Virus record (IMG/VR): IMGVR_UViG_3300029319_008466 | Location: 18,991-82,990 of that record | Reading direction: 5' to 3' (one strand) | Source: a virus | DNA: 64,000 nucleotides | Part shown: one piece after another, positions 40,768 through 51,300 of the stretch | Position numbering within the stretch: position 1 is the first letter of the stretch | How the letters are laid out: each line of letters begins with the position of its first letter | The notes under the pieces: generated by a model | What the model was told of the DNA's origin: nothing | Database searches by the model: none | Seen by the model: only the letters and a program-made list of their open reading frames with translations | Made by a program: the position numbers and the translations under genes

Positions 40768-43527
40768 ATGGCTGTAAAAAAATGCGAAGACTTGGAAGTC
40801 TTTGCCGTAGAAGGAACCCGAGAAGGAGAAAACGGTAGCGGACAAGGAAAGGCTCCAAAGAAAAAGAAAAAAGTGCTTTTACCTTCTGCTCTTGGAAAAA
40901 CATTTCAAGCAGTTGAGAATGCAAATTTTAGTAATCCCGCTGATTCAAAACCTGCGGTGTTACAGGCAACAAAATACAATAAATTTATATTTTTCGACCC
41001 AAGTGGAGTTTTAGATCGATTTAGAGGACAGCATGGAAAATTCTGGACTTTTAATGAGGGGTTGGTTTATGTTAATCCAACTTTAGAAGCGCTTTATACA
41101 CCACCGGAAAACGCAGCGGGAAATTATGGCAGCAAGATTGGCATTTTTTCTATAGATCTCAGCCAACCGATTACCGAAATACCTCCTTCAAAATCTTCGT
41201 TGATAAGCACATATCAACAGAACATGGTAATACAAATTGCACCAGAAGTTGTTGACTCTATGGTAGATGACAACGGCAATCAAGGCACTTATAACCACGT
41301 AGCTGCCGTCTGGAACACATTCGTCAACGGTGGTACCTATAACGATTATACAGCAAAACCTTTGTTTGACGTGGACACACAGTTTACAGATCATTATTTT
41401 ACTTTAAATTTGCCATTTTCTAAAAATGAATTGGAAAGATATGTAAATCTTTTAAATCACCCCGCACAAGTTTCGGTTGAACCAGATTATGATTTTTATA
41501 TAAATTATTATGAAAACTTAATTAAAAGAAAAACAATCAAAGAAACAATGTTGCCAAACATGTATTCTCAAATTACGAGAACAAAAAACTATGAACAAAA
41601 CTTGCACGACCAGGGTGTGTTGATTACTCCAAACACTTACAGAAGAGATTATTTTAATAGGTGGGCAAAAAGAGTCCTTAACAATCCGAAACAAGCACTT
41701 GCCAGCGGAAACAAATATAAGAACATTGCAATTGGCAGTGGTGAAATTGATGTTATTTTGGGATACAAAGAGCAAGAAAATTTATACCCCATGAACATTA
41801 ATATCAATCTCCAAACTGAGCGAACTGGACATATGCTTATCGCCTGTGACGAAGCGGGCATGACCAATGACGTTATGAAGTTTGCAATGAATGAAATCAT
41901 GGAAGGTGTATCCCCAGCCGCTGGGCCTCCCAGATATGTGAACTTGTCCACGAATATAAACTTTGCACAGTCTAAACAAAAAATCGTTGTTACAGATATA
42001 GAAGACTTTACTAAAAGTAAATGGTGGATGATGCCATCAACTACAATTGAGTCTACTTCTAAAATGCAGGCAACATTAGAACAGTCTGATGTTCAGGTTA
42101 TGGATTTGGGCACTTGGTTGACAATTAATTTAGATGCAGAATCAGAAGGGACAGAATACCTTAAGAAAACCAATTTTGATCGCGATCATATTTTCTTAGG
42201 CATTAGTACAGATAAGTCTCAACAACCAAACGAGTGCAACAGTTTTGAGCAAGCATTAAAATCAATAATATTAACTGGAAAGATAAATTCAATACTGCAA
42301 GATAAATTTAGAACATTTGAAGAACTGCTGGCTGGCGAAGAGGCATATAATGAAACTCTCATTTATGAAATTGTACAATATTCTGCAAACGATACAACAA
42401 CACCACTCCAAAGAATATTTGTACCAAATACGGAAAAGCTATCCCTTTTAACTTATATCGACACACAAGTCAAATACGATAAGCAATATACATATGAAAT
42501 ATATGCACACCAATTTATTGTTGGTACAAAATATCAATATAGTGATCTTAAAATGCAAAGCCAATCGCAGTCCAATTCCAGCGCTGCCTCGATGTCAACG
42601 CAATCTTATGTCACAGATCCAGATGTTTTTTCATATGATAACCGTGTAGGTATCAAAGTTAACTTTGAGCCATCCCTTGCAATTGCTAGAGTACAAATTT
42701 ATAAACAAAATGTTAGAGTGTTAGATGATGCACCTATTGCTCCGAATGTAGATATTGTGCCATACAAAGGTGTCAATAATAATATCTTAGTCAATCTTAG
42801 CGGAAATTCAGGGAGATATATGTTGCGACCAATAATCATCAATGCAAGGGACGCAAAGTTTGTACGAAAATATAAACAATCAAGACATATTTTGCCTCAC
42901 GAAAGAATACAATTTAGTTCAGATGATCCGGTAGGCAGGTTTGAAGCTTATAGGGTTGATGAACCACCAAAGAATTATAAATCTTTTGCTGGAAAAATAT
43001 TAACAATTGTTGGCAACAACAAGGCTAGTTCTGCATCTTTTGTAGACACAATGCAACCAAACAAAAAATATTATTATACGTTTAGGGGGATTGACATTCA
43101 TGGAAATCGTTCTAATCCTACACCAGTTTACCAAGTTGAGCTAGTTGATCAAAACGGCGTAATTTTCTTTAATACCAGTATTTATGAGTTTCCAACTGAA
43201 TCGGGTCGAAAAACGCCAACAAAAATTGGCAGAAGATATCTAAAAATAAATCCAAATTTAGTGCAATCACTAATTAACTATGATATATTTCTTTCTAATT
43301 TGTCATCTGCTTATGATGCAAACAATGTAATGTTGGGGCATGCCAATAAGCCTGTTTGGAAAAAAAGGTTTAAAATTAGGGTAACGTCAAAACATTCTGG
43401 AAAGAAATTCGATATTAACTTAACCTGTAAAGTTCAATTTGATAAAAAAGACAAGAATAAAAAAACAGCATCCCAAGCTAACAGCACAAAGGGAGGCGGA
43501 ATGTCCCCTTGGTGGAACACTTCTTAA
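40768..43527 (+). CDS. Large structural protein with Fn3/Ig-like C-terminal domains
   Basis: YIDTQVKYDKQYTYEIYA and FVDTMQPNKKYYYTFRGIDIHGNRSNP resemble Fn3 strands. Confidence 0.55.
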   Translation: MAVKKCEDLEVFAVEGTREGENGSGQGKAPKKKKKVLLPSALGKTFQAVENANFSNPADSKPAVLQATKYNKFIFFDPSGVLDRFRGQHGKFWTFNEGLVYVNPTLEALYTPPENAAGNYGSKIGIFSIDLSQPITEIPPSKSSLISTYQQNMVIQIAPEVVDSMVDDNGNQGTYNHVAAVWNTFVNGGTYNDYTAKPLFDVDTQFTDHYFTLNLPFSKNELERYVNLLNHPAQVSVEPDYDFYINYYENLIKRKTIKETMLPNMYSQITRTKNYEQNLHDQGVLITPNTYRRDYFNRWAKRVLNNPKQALASGNKYKNIAIGSGEIDVILGYKEQENLYPMNININLQTERTGHMLIACDEAGMTNDVMKFAMNEIMEGVSPAAGPPRYVNLSTNINFAQSKQKIVVTDIEDFTKSKWWMMPSTTIESTSKMQATLEQSDVQVMDLGTWLTINLDAESEGTEYLKKTNFDRDHIFLGISTDKSQQPNECNSFEQALKSIILTGKINSILQDKFRTFEELLAGEEAYNETLIYEIVQYSANDTTTPLQRIFVPNTEKLSLLTYIDTQVKYDKQYTYEIYAHQFIVGTKYQYSDLKMQSQSQSNSSAASMSTQSYVTDPDVFSYDNRVGIKVNFEPSLAIARVQIYKQNVRVLDDAPIAPNVDIVPYKGVNNNILVNLSGNSGRYMLRPIIINARDAKFVRKYKQSRHILPHERIQFSSDDPVGRFEAYRVDEPPKNYKSFAGKILTIVGNNKASSASFVDTMQPNKKYYYTFRGIDIHGNRSNPTPVYQVELVDQNGVIFFNTSIYEFPTESGRKTPTKIGRRYLKINPNLVQSLINYDIFLSNLSSAYDANNVMLGHANKPVWKKRFKIRVTSKHSGKKFDINLTCKVQFDKKDKNKKTASQANSTKGGGMSPWWNTS

Positions 43528-43539
43528 ACATGTGAGCTT

Positions 43540-43568
43540 TTAAACGCCTTAAATTTTTGGCAGTTTAA
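43540..43568 (+). terminator. Possible hairpin/terminator in the intergenic gap
   Basis: TTAAACGCC (43540-48) pairs with GGC-A-GTTTAA (43559-68) with one bulge; no clean U-tract. Confidence 0.3.
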
Positions 43569-43580
43569 TATAATCTAATA

Positions 43581-43587
43581 CTAATTA
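43581..43587 (+). promoter_or_regulatory. Putative late promoter motif CTAATTA
   Basis: Recurrent intergenic motif followed by GGAG SD. Confidence 0.55.
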
Positions 43588-43607
43588 ATAATACGGAGAA
43601 TACATAA

Positions 43608-44510
43608 ATGGCATTTCTTGACAACTCGGGAGACATTATACTCGATGCAGTCCTAACAGATACGGGAAGAATGAGACTAGCAAAGGGTGATGGCTCTTTT
43701 AATATTGTGAAATTCGCTTTAGGCGATGATGAAATCAACTACGAACTTTACGATAAAAATCACACAAGTGGTTCCGCATATTATGATGTGGAGATTTTAC
43801 AAACACCCGTGTTGGAAGCGTTTACAAACAATGCCTCATCGATGAAGTCGAAGTTAATGACAATTTCGAGAACTAATCTTCTTTATTTGCCAGTTATGCT
43901 TAGAAATACAACTGCTGGACTTGGAAATGCTAACACAATTAATGTGCTTTCTGTTGTTGTCGATGCTGCTACTTCTGGTGACACTGGAGATAATGACATA
44001 ATTAATTATTTGGGGGCCGGTCAGTATATTGATGGATACACATTGACCAACAATACTACACCAGTTGTAATTGATCAAGGTATTCAATCTACCGATATTG
44101 GACCTGCTGCTTCCCAGACCATAGATCCAGATTTAAAAGAGACACAGTTTATTATTGAAATGGATAATCGTTTGGGCATACTGATTGATCAAAACGGAAC
44201 TGACGCAACTCCATCATTTATTGACGATGATAATATTGCTTCTTATTATCTTACAGATACAACTAATACAACTTTCTTCGATGCTCCTAATTTCTCCACA
44301 GAGCAAATTAAAGGACCGCAAGGAAATAGACTTAAATTCCTTGTCCGTCCGACCGGAGATTTGCAGGCAAGCACCTATTTGTTTACTCAAATTGGATCAA
44401 CTGACACATATACAGATGCTGTCTATATAATTGATACAACTATTAGAATTTCCGGCGCAACAACAGGATATTATGTGGATATCCCAATTAGATATATCAA
44501 GAAGCAATAA
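43608..44510 (+). CDS. Structural protein (baseplate/tail-fibre attachment-like)
   Basis: MAFLDNSGDIILDAVLTDTGRMRLAKG..KFALGDDEINY N-terminus; tail-module context. Confidence 0.6.
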   Translation: MAFLDNSGDIILDAVLTDTGRMRLAKGDGSFNIVKFALGDDEINYELYDKNHTSGSAYYDVEILQTPVLEAFTNNASSMKSKLMTISRTNLLYLPVMLRNTTAGLGNANTINVLSVVVDAATSGDTGDNDIINYLGAGQYIDGYTLTNNTTPVVIDQGIQSTDIGPAASQTIDPDLKETQFIIEMDNRLGILIDQNGTDATPSFIDDDNIASYYLTDTTNTTFFDAPNFSTEQIKGPQGNRLKFLVRPTGDLQASTYLFTQIGSTDTYTDAVYIIDTTIRISGATTGYYVDIPIRYIKKQ

Positions 44511-44522
44511 CAGGATTTAAAT

Positions 44523-45623
44523 ATGGCTACAACATTTAAGACATTAACCGCAAACGACATTACAAATACAAGAACTTTGCTTCACGAGGCCATTCCCTTG
44601 ACCGGAACAATCTCTTCTGGTACTTATAATGCGGAGGGATCTGATGAAAACATTAAAACGTTTTCTCATGGAATGTTTGAGTCCGTATTTGACTATCCTT
44701 ATTTAAGCTCCTCTGCTAATCATATTTACGATATTAGTTACGGAATTTCAACTGGTTCCGTTTTTTCTGCGTCTACAACAATCCAAGGCGCAAAGAAGGT
44801 AAATATTTATAATCAAATGGCATCTGTGCTTGTTGGACATGATTCTGTCGGCAAAATCCAACGATTTGATCAAGATGGTGATTTAGCCGGTGGCGGCTTC
44901 AAGATCAATGACGCTGTGTTTTTCAATTTCTCAAGACTTTTAGTAAAAGATGAGATTAAAAAAGGCAGCTTCTCTCTGCAATTTTTAACAGGTGCAACTC
45001 CACTTCCTCTTGCACGCACACACCCTGTAACAATCAGTGATTATCAGGCTTCAAGTAGCTATCTTGTTAACTCACCCGCAGGTGAATATGGACTGCTTTA
45101 TACATCATCTTCACCAGATAATACATTTCCTGTTGGTTTAGTATATTATCAAGCAGGCGTAGCAGTACTCACGGGCGCTTGTTTTTCTGCATCCTCCAAT
45201 GCAGGGAATGACTCCAAAGACGGAGGTGGGCTACCCCTTCAACACACTGTAATACGCATGGGCCCCGGATATGATAGCTCAAGCTATCAAGGGCTGGCTA
45301 CTGGTTCAACTATTGAAACTATGGCAGATTCAGTTCGAAATAGAATTGTCAATGTTTCTTTCAATAATACTGTTGAATTGAATTCTACTATATATTTCTG
45401 CCGAGCCAATCATGACGAATTTAATTATAGCTCAAACCCAACTTATCTTACCGCAAGCCAGATACGTGTAAAGAATACTACAACAGATAATCCAGTTGCA
45501 TATATTACAACAGTTGGACTATATTCTTCTGATAATGAGTTAATGGCGGTTGCTAAATTAAGTGAGCCACTTAAGAAAGATCCGAGCACCGAATTAACTC
45601 TTCGTGTTAGGCTAGATTATTAA
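44523..45623 (+). CDS. Structural protein (tail/baseplate)
   Basis: C-terminal EFNYSSNPT..YITTVGLY..ELMAVAKLSEPLKK..RLDY shared with the next gene. Confidence 0.6.
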   Translation: MATTFKTLTANDITNTRTLLHEAIPLTGTISSGTYNAEGSDENIKTFSHGMFESVFDYPYLSSSANHIYDISYGISTGSVFSASTTIQGAKKVNIYNQMASVLVGHDSVGKIQRFDQDGDLAGGGFKINDAVFFNFSRLLVKDEIKKGSFSLQFLTGATPLPLARTHPVTISDYQASSSYLVNSPAGEYGLLYTSSSPDNTFPVGLVYYQAGVAVLTGACFSASSNAGNDSKDGGGLPLQHTVIRMGPGYDSSSYQGLATGSTIETMADSVRNRIVNVSFNNTVELNSTIYFCRANHDEFNYSSNPTYLTASQIRVKNTTTDNPVAYITTVGLYSSDNELMAVAKLSEPLKKDPSTELTLRVRLDY

Positions 45624-45631
45624 GATAAAAG

Positions 45632-45638
45632 CTATTTA
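45632..45638 (+). promoter_or_regulatory. Putative late promoter motif CTATTTA (5 nt before ATG)
   Basis: Recurrent intergenic motif; no SD. Confidence 0.55.
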
Positions 45639-45643
45639 GTATA

Positions 45644-46843
45644 ATGGCTTATAAAAAATTCAAAAACAATGATATATTTTATAATACTCTGGAAATGCAT
45701 CCAAAGTATGATTTTGTCATATATGACAGTAAAATTTATCTAAACAATCGCGGCGCAGTGTCTGGCGTACTTGTATCAAATGCCGGGGATGTTCCAACAG
45801 GTCATGTAAGCTTATACGAGTTGAATGTTGATAGGGCATCTGGAAATAAAATATACCCTTTTGTTAGTAAAGATGGAACACTCACTAATTTTAAAACAAT
45901 ATCTACTTCAAGTTTTAAATCTGATTATGCTTACGGAGACTCAATTACTGGATCATATCCAATGTCTTCTAGTATAGTGCGGGAGTTTTTTGCTTTTACT
46001 CCAACTTCTCGCACTGGGTCTGTTAGTCATTTATCAACACTAAAAAACACTTTAAATTTTTACAAGCCAATGAGCAACCATTATGCATTCGATGGACCTC
46101 TTGGCGATAAGGGCAAACAAAATGTCAATCTTATAAGTATTCCATCAATTATTTTTGGCTCCAAACTTAAAAAAGGTTCGGTAGATTTAAAATTTTATGT
46201 AAGCGGTACTGTAGTGGGGCAGCTTCAAGACTTAAATCGAGATGGCGAGTTAATCCAAGTGGGACCACCAGGAAGCACAGAGTCGGGGAGTGTAGCTGGA
46301 GTTGTGTTATATAATGAAGGGTTTATATTATTAACAGGAAGTTGGGAAATGAATACCGGACCTTATGCTGGTCCTTTTGCTGGTGAAAAATACACAGGCG
46401 GGAATGTCTTGGCTCCTAAATGGATTTATTTCGGAGCAGGGGCAAACGATGGAATTGCAACACCAAATGTAATTTCTTCTAGTTTTGGATTATCTTTTAA
46501 AAGCACGACAAAAACTCAAACTATTACAATGTTGGCACATGCGCTCAAAGGCGAATATAATCATTCAAATAATCCAACCTTTAGGATATCGGGTTCCAAT
46601 CCACATCGCCTTACCCCTTTTACAAGCAGCGTGGCCTATAAAGAACCAAAAAACCTTTTTATAAAAAACATTGTTTCTTCGTCTTACCCAGACCCAACAG
46701 CGAGCTTTCAAAAGACAACATATATTTCTTCAATTGGAATTTACGACGAAAACAGAAATTTAATTGGTATTGCAAAGGTGGCAACACCAGTTAAAAAAAC
46801 AGAGAATAGAGAATTTACATTCAAACTCAAACTTGATATATAA
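45644..46843 (+). CDS. Structural protein (tail/baseplate), paralog of the 44523 protein
   Basis: C-terminal EYNHSNNPT..YISSIGIY..LIGIAKVATPVKK..KLDI. Confidence 0.6.
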   Translation: MAYKKFKNNDIFYNTLEMHPKYDFVIYDSKIYLNNRGAVSGVLVSNAGDVPTGHVSLYELNVDRASGNKIYPFVSKDGTLTNFKTISTSSFKSDYAYGDSITGSYPMSSSIVREFFAFTPTSRTGSVSHLSTLKNTLNFYKPMSNHYAFDGPLGDKGKQNVNLISIPSIIFGSKLKKGSVDLKFYVSGTVVGQLQDLNRDGELIQVGPPGSTESGSVAGVVLYNEGFILLTGSWEMNTGPYAGPFAGEKYTGGNVLAPKWIYFGAGANDGIATPNVISSSFGLSFKSTTKTQTITMLAHALKGEYNHSNNPTFRISGSNPHRLTPFTSSVAYKEPKNLFIKNIVSSSYPDPTASFQKTTYISSIGIYDENRNLIGIAKVATPVKKTENREFTFKLKLDI

Positions 46844-47373
46844 TGAAAATACTGGGACTTGACATAAGTTCCTCTAAGATCGGCATTGCACTTCTCAATG
46901 GAGAAGAAATTATTATTAGCGAAGTGCTGAAGTTTAAGCCAAAAACATCCTTAGAGGAGCGTGCTGAAATATTTGAACGTCGAATGCGACAAATAAACAA
47001 ACAACACGTTGTTTACGATGTGTTTGTGGAACAACCTGCTATGATGTTTAAAGGCGGCAAAACCACTGCATTTACTATGGCAACATTACAAAGATTCAAT
47101 GGAATGTGTTGCTATATTGTAAATATTGTTTTTGAAATGGAGGCGGAACTTATCAACCCCAACTCTGCTCGATCAACTCTTGGTATAAAAACTCCAAGAG
47201 GTATACCCCCAAGGGCAAAGAAAAATTTTATTATCGAAAGAATGTCCGAAAGATTCGGAGATAACTTTACATATAATATGACTCGCCAAGGAAATCCACA
47301 ACCAGGAACTGACGACAGAGCCGATGCACTCGTTGTTGCCTTAGCAGGACCATTAATAGTTGACAGCAAATAA
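46843..47373 (+). CDS. RuvC-like Holliday junction resolvase
   Basis: MKILGLDIS (catalytic D), VFVEQP (E), DDRADALVVA (DxxD). Confidence 0.8.
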   Translation: MKILGLDISSSKIGIALLNGEEIIISEVLKFKPKTSLEERAEIFERRMRQINKQHVVYDVFVEQPAMMFKGGKTTAFTMATLQRFNGMCCYIVNIVFEMEAELINPNSARSTLGIKTPRGIPPRAKKNFIIERMSERFGDNFTYNMTRQGNPQPGTDDRADALVVALAGPLIVDSK

Positions 47374-47388
47374 GCTTCGTGTTATAAT
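47360..47388 (+). promoter_or_regulatory. Consensus sigma70-type promoter TTGACA-N17-TATAAT with an extended -10 TG
   Basis: TTGACA 47360-65, TG 47380-81, TATAAT 47383-88; primase ATG at 47395. Confidence 0.85.
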
Positions 47389-47394
47389 ATATCT

Positions 47395-48330
47395 ATGCAG
47401 AAAAAGTTTAAGATTATATCCGCGATTCTCGGAGATAGCTACCGCTCAAATGATGAATATCTTTTTGCGTGTCCGTATTGTAAACATCATAAAAAAAAGC
47501 TTTCAGTAAATATTGAAAAAAATGTCTATAAGTGTTGGATATGTGAAACTCTTGGAAGAGATTTACGTCGCCTTGTTCGTCGCTTTGGAGACTTTAGTCA
47601 GCTACAAGAGTGGGATAAATTAACAAACCGCATTAATATTAATGAATTTGATGATTTGTTTATGGATACAGGAAAAGAGCCAGACACCCCAGTTTATCTC
47701 GGCATGCCTCATGGTTTTTCTTCATTAAATAACGAATGTTCACTATCTGCCACTCCTGCTTTGAACTATCTTAAGAAACGTGATATAATAGAAGAAGATA
47801 TCTTGTACTGGAAGATGGGGTATTGTATTGATGGCAGGTATGCCAAACGTATTATTATTCCATCTTTTGATAAGAACGGGGATTTAAATTATTTTGTGGC
47901 AAGAAGTTTTTCTTCTGATTCTCGCAAATACCTTAATCCTCCCTGCTCAAAAGATGTCATATTTAACGAACTTTATCTTGAGTGGGATACAGATTTGGTT
48001 ATAACCGAGGGTGTGTTTGATGCAATTGTCGCAGGCCCAAATGCTGTGCCACTACTCGGCTCAACATTGCGTCCTAACTCAAAGTTGTTTATGAAAATTG
48101 TTCAAAATGACACACCAGTTTTTCTTGCACTGGATCCAGATGCGGAAAAGAAAGAACAAAGAATTATAAAACTTTTTTTGACATATGGTCTGGAAGTATA
48201 TAAAGTAGATATAAGCGGATATGAAGACGTATCCGAGATGGGCAGAGAAGAGTTTATTAGAAGAAAGGAAAACGCTATTGCTGTTATGGAAGGTGATTAT
48301 CTTTTAGAACAAGCAATTGCTAATATTTAA
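47395..48330 (+). CDS. DNA primase (zinc finger plus TOPRIM)
   Basis: CPYC..CWIC; RIIIPSFD; KYLNP; TEGVFDA; LDPDA. Confidence 0.9.
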   Translation: MQKKFKIISAILGDSYRSNDEYLFACPYCKHHKKKLSVNIEKNVYKCWICETLGRDLRRLVRRFGDFSQLQEWDKLTNRININEFDDLFMDTGKEPDTPVYLGMPHGFSSLNNECSLSATPALNYLKKRDIIEEDILYWKMGYCIDGRYAKRIIIPSFDKNGDLNYFVARSFSSDSRKYLNPPCSKDVIFNELYLEWDTDLVITEGVFDAIVAGPNAVPLLGSTLRPNSKLFMKIVQNDTPVFLALDPDAEKKEQRIIKLFLTYGLEVYKVDISGYEDVSEMGREEFIRRKENAIAVMEGDYLLEQAIANI

Positions 48331-48339
48331 TGGGGTTAC

Positions 48340-51300
48340 ATGTATAAAATTGCACATATTGCGGACACGCATATTAAAAATCTGAAGTATCATTACGAGT
48401 ATCGTATTATCTTCAAGGAACTATACGAAAAGTTAGACAAAGAAGCTCCTGACTTTATCGTCCATTGTGGTGATCTTGCACACACAAAGACACAGCTATC
48501 ACCAGAATATTTTGAACTTGCAACAGAGTTTATAAAGAATGTGGCGGACATCGCGCCATTAGTAATCATTCCAGGCAATCATGATGGCAACTTAAAAAAC
48601 AGCAACCGTCAGGATGCTATTACGCCCATTATTCAAGCCCTGGAGCATCCGAACATTTTCTTTTTCAAGAACTCGGGAGAATTCCATGCCACGCCCGAGC
48701 TTTGTTTCAACATTCTTTCAGTATTTGACGAGGACAACTGGATTGACCCAACCGATACTAGTAAAATTAATATTGCCCTATATCACGGATCTATCTCAAA
48801 TTGTAAAACCGATATTGGTTGGGTGATGGAACACGGTGAGCACGAACTTTCTATCTTTAAGAAGTTTGATTATGGTATGCTCGGTGATATCCACAAAGCG
48901 CAAGCTCTTGATTTTCAAGGTCGTGTGCGCTATTGCGGCTCCACGGTTCAGCAAAACCATGGCGAAACAAATGATAAGGGTTTTGGCATCTGGGAAATTC
49001 AAGATAAGAGAAAGTTCACTTATCGACATGTCGAGCTTATCAATCCCAAGCCCTTTATAACCATCGAGCTTACCCCCAAGGGCAAGATGCCTAAAGGTAT
49101 CGATGTCCCTGAAGGGTCGCGAATTCGCCTTGTGTCTAACAACAATCTGCCTTTAGACAAAATGAAACGCGCTGTTGATGTTGCAAGGCACAGATTTAAA
49201 CCAGAAAATATTACATTCCTTAATCGCGCCCTGGGTAAAAGATCTGACTTTGCTCTTTCGAATGATGACTTTATGAAAGAAAATCTTCGTGACATTTCAG
49301 TTCAAAAAAGATTAATTCGAGAGTTCTTGAAAGAGTATGAAGTTGAGGAAGAAGTTTTAAATCGAATCTTGGATCTTAACGTTAAATATAATACCGTTAT
49401 CGAAGAAAGTGAGGAAGTTGCTCGAAATATTAACTGGGAACTAAATTCTTTTGAGTTTGATAATTTGTTTAATTATGGCGAGAGTAACAGTATTAATTTT
49501 GAAAAACTCACAGGTATTGTCGGCATATTCGGAAAAAACTATTCAGGCAAGTCCAGCATCATTGATGCTGCCCTATATACGCTGTTCAACTCCACCTCGA
49601 AAAATGAACGTAAAAATCTTAACGTAATTAATCAAAACAAAGACAGAGGCTCTGGGCGGCTCAATATTTCTATTGGTGATCGACAGTTTCTTGTCGAAAG
49701 GGAGAGTGAAAAATATATCAAAAAACTAAAAGGGGATGAGACAGTTGAGGCGAAAACAGATGTCAATTTTACAGAATTCGATGCCATTATGGACGAGGCT
49801 GTAAGTCACAATGGGTTGTCAAGAAATGATACCGACAAGAACATTCGTAAAATGTTTGGAACACTTGATGATTTCTTGTTAACCTCAATGGCGTCTCAAT
49901 TGGATTCTCTCACATTTATCAAAGAAGGATCCACGAAACGTAAAGAGATTCTTGCCAAATTTCTTGATCTTGAAATCTTTGACAAAAAATATAAAATGGC
50001 CAAGGAAGACGCATCTGATCTACGCGGAGCATTAAAGAGGTTAGAGGGTAGAGAATTTGACGAAGACATCGAAGCGGCAAAAGAAGAGATAGAACAGAGT
50101 GAATTCAGCATTGAGGAACACAAACAAAGATGTAAACAATATCAACAACAAATGGAAGATACAAGAACATTGCTGACGGAGGTAGAAAATAAGATAACCT
50201 CTATTCCTATAGATGTAATTGATATCGAGGCAGCAAGAAATACTCTAAAAGGCAAGAAAAATAATGTTCACACGTTATTAAAAAGAAATGAAGAACTTAC
50301 TAATAAAAATAATGAAAATAATCAAATTTCCATAAAACTGGCAAGTTTCTTAAAAGAGTACAATGTTGATAGCCTATATGATAAAAAGCAAGAAGTTGAC
50401 AATAAAACAAGTGAATACGAGGAGCTACTTGCTGTTTTAAAAATTAAAAATAAAGATGTTGACACTTACAAGAAAAAAGTTAAATTGTTGGAAAATCATG
50501 AGTACGATCCTGATTGTAAATTCTGTTGCGAAAATAAGTTCGTTAAAGAAGCACACAAAGCAAAACAGAAGTTACCCGACATGCTTTCTGAAATTACAGA
50601 TCTTCGTAAACAAAGTGTGGATCTGTTAGAGCAGATTGATGAGCTTGATGTTGATAAGTTGGCTGATTATATTGAAAAGTATGATAAGCTGGTTGAGCGC
50701 AAAAAAGAAGTGGCTCAACAGATATCTGTTTCTGATTTGGAAATACAGAATAACGTATCAAAGCTTGAAATTTTTAAACATGAGATAGACAATGTAGCAA
50801 AGCAAATATCACTATATGAAGACAATAGAGAGTCAATTGAAAACCTTGAGCAACTTGTTGTAAAAAGGAATGAATATGCCACACTCCTTGCCCGAACCGA
50901 AGAACGCTGCAATGAATGCAAACAACAATTAAACGATCTATACATTAGTCATGGATCGTATGAGCAGAAATTGCAAAACTTAATCGAACAAAAGAAGGAA
51001 CTTTCAGAATTACGAGAAGAGTATTCCGCCTATGACTTGTTTATGCGATGCATGCATACCAGTGGCATTTCTTATGATATTATAAAAAAGAAGCTACCAG
51101 CAGTTAATCAGGAAATCGCAAAAGTCTTGGCCAATATAGTAAATTTTGAAGCGTTTTTTGAAGACGAAGGCAGAAAACTAAATGTGTATATTAAACACCC
51201 CAGCCATGAACCGCGACCAATTGAGATGGGATCTGGTGCTGAAAAAACAATTGCCTCGATGGCTATACGACTCGCACTTCTTCACGTAAGTAATTTGCCA

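Noticed and set aside
46843-47373. TnpB/Cas12-like RuvC nuclease or CRISPR system
   Set aside because: Only 176 aa with a plain resolvase layout; no repeat-spacer array or transposon ends were seen in the window
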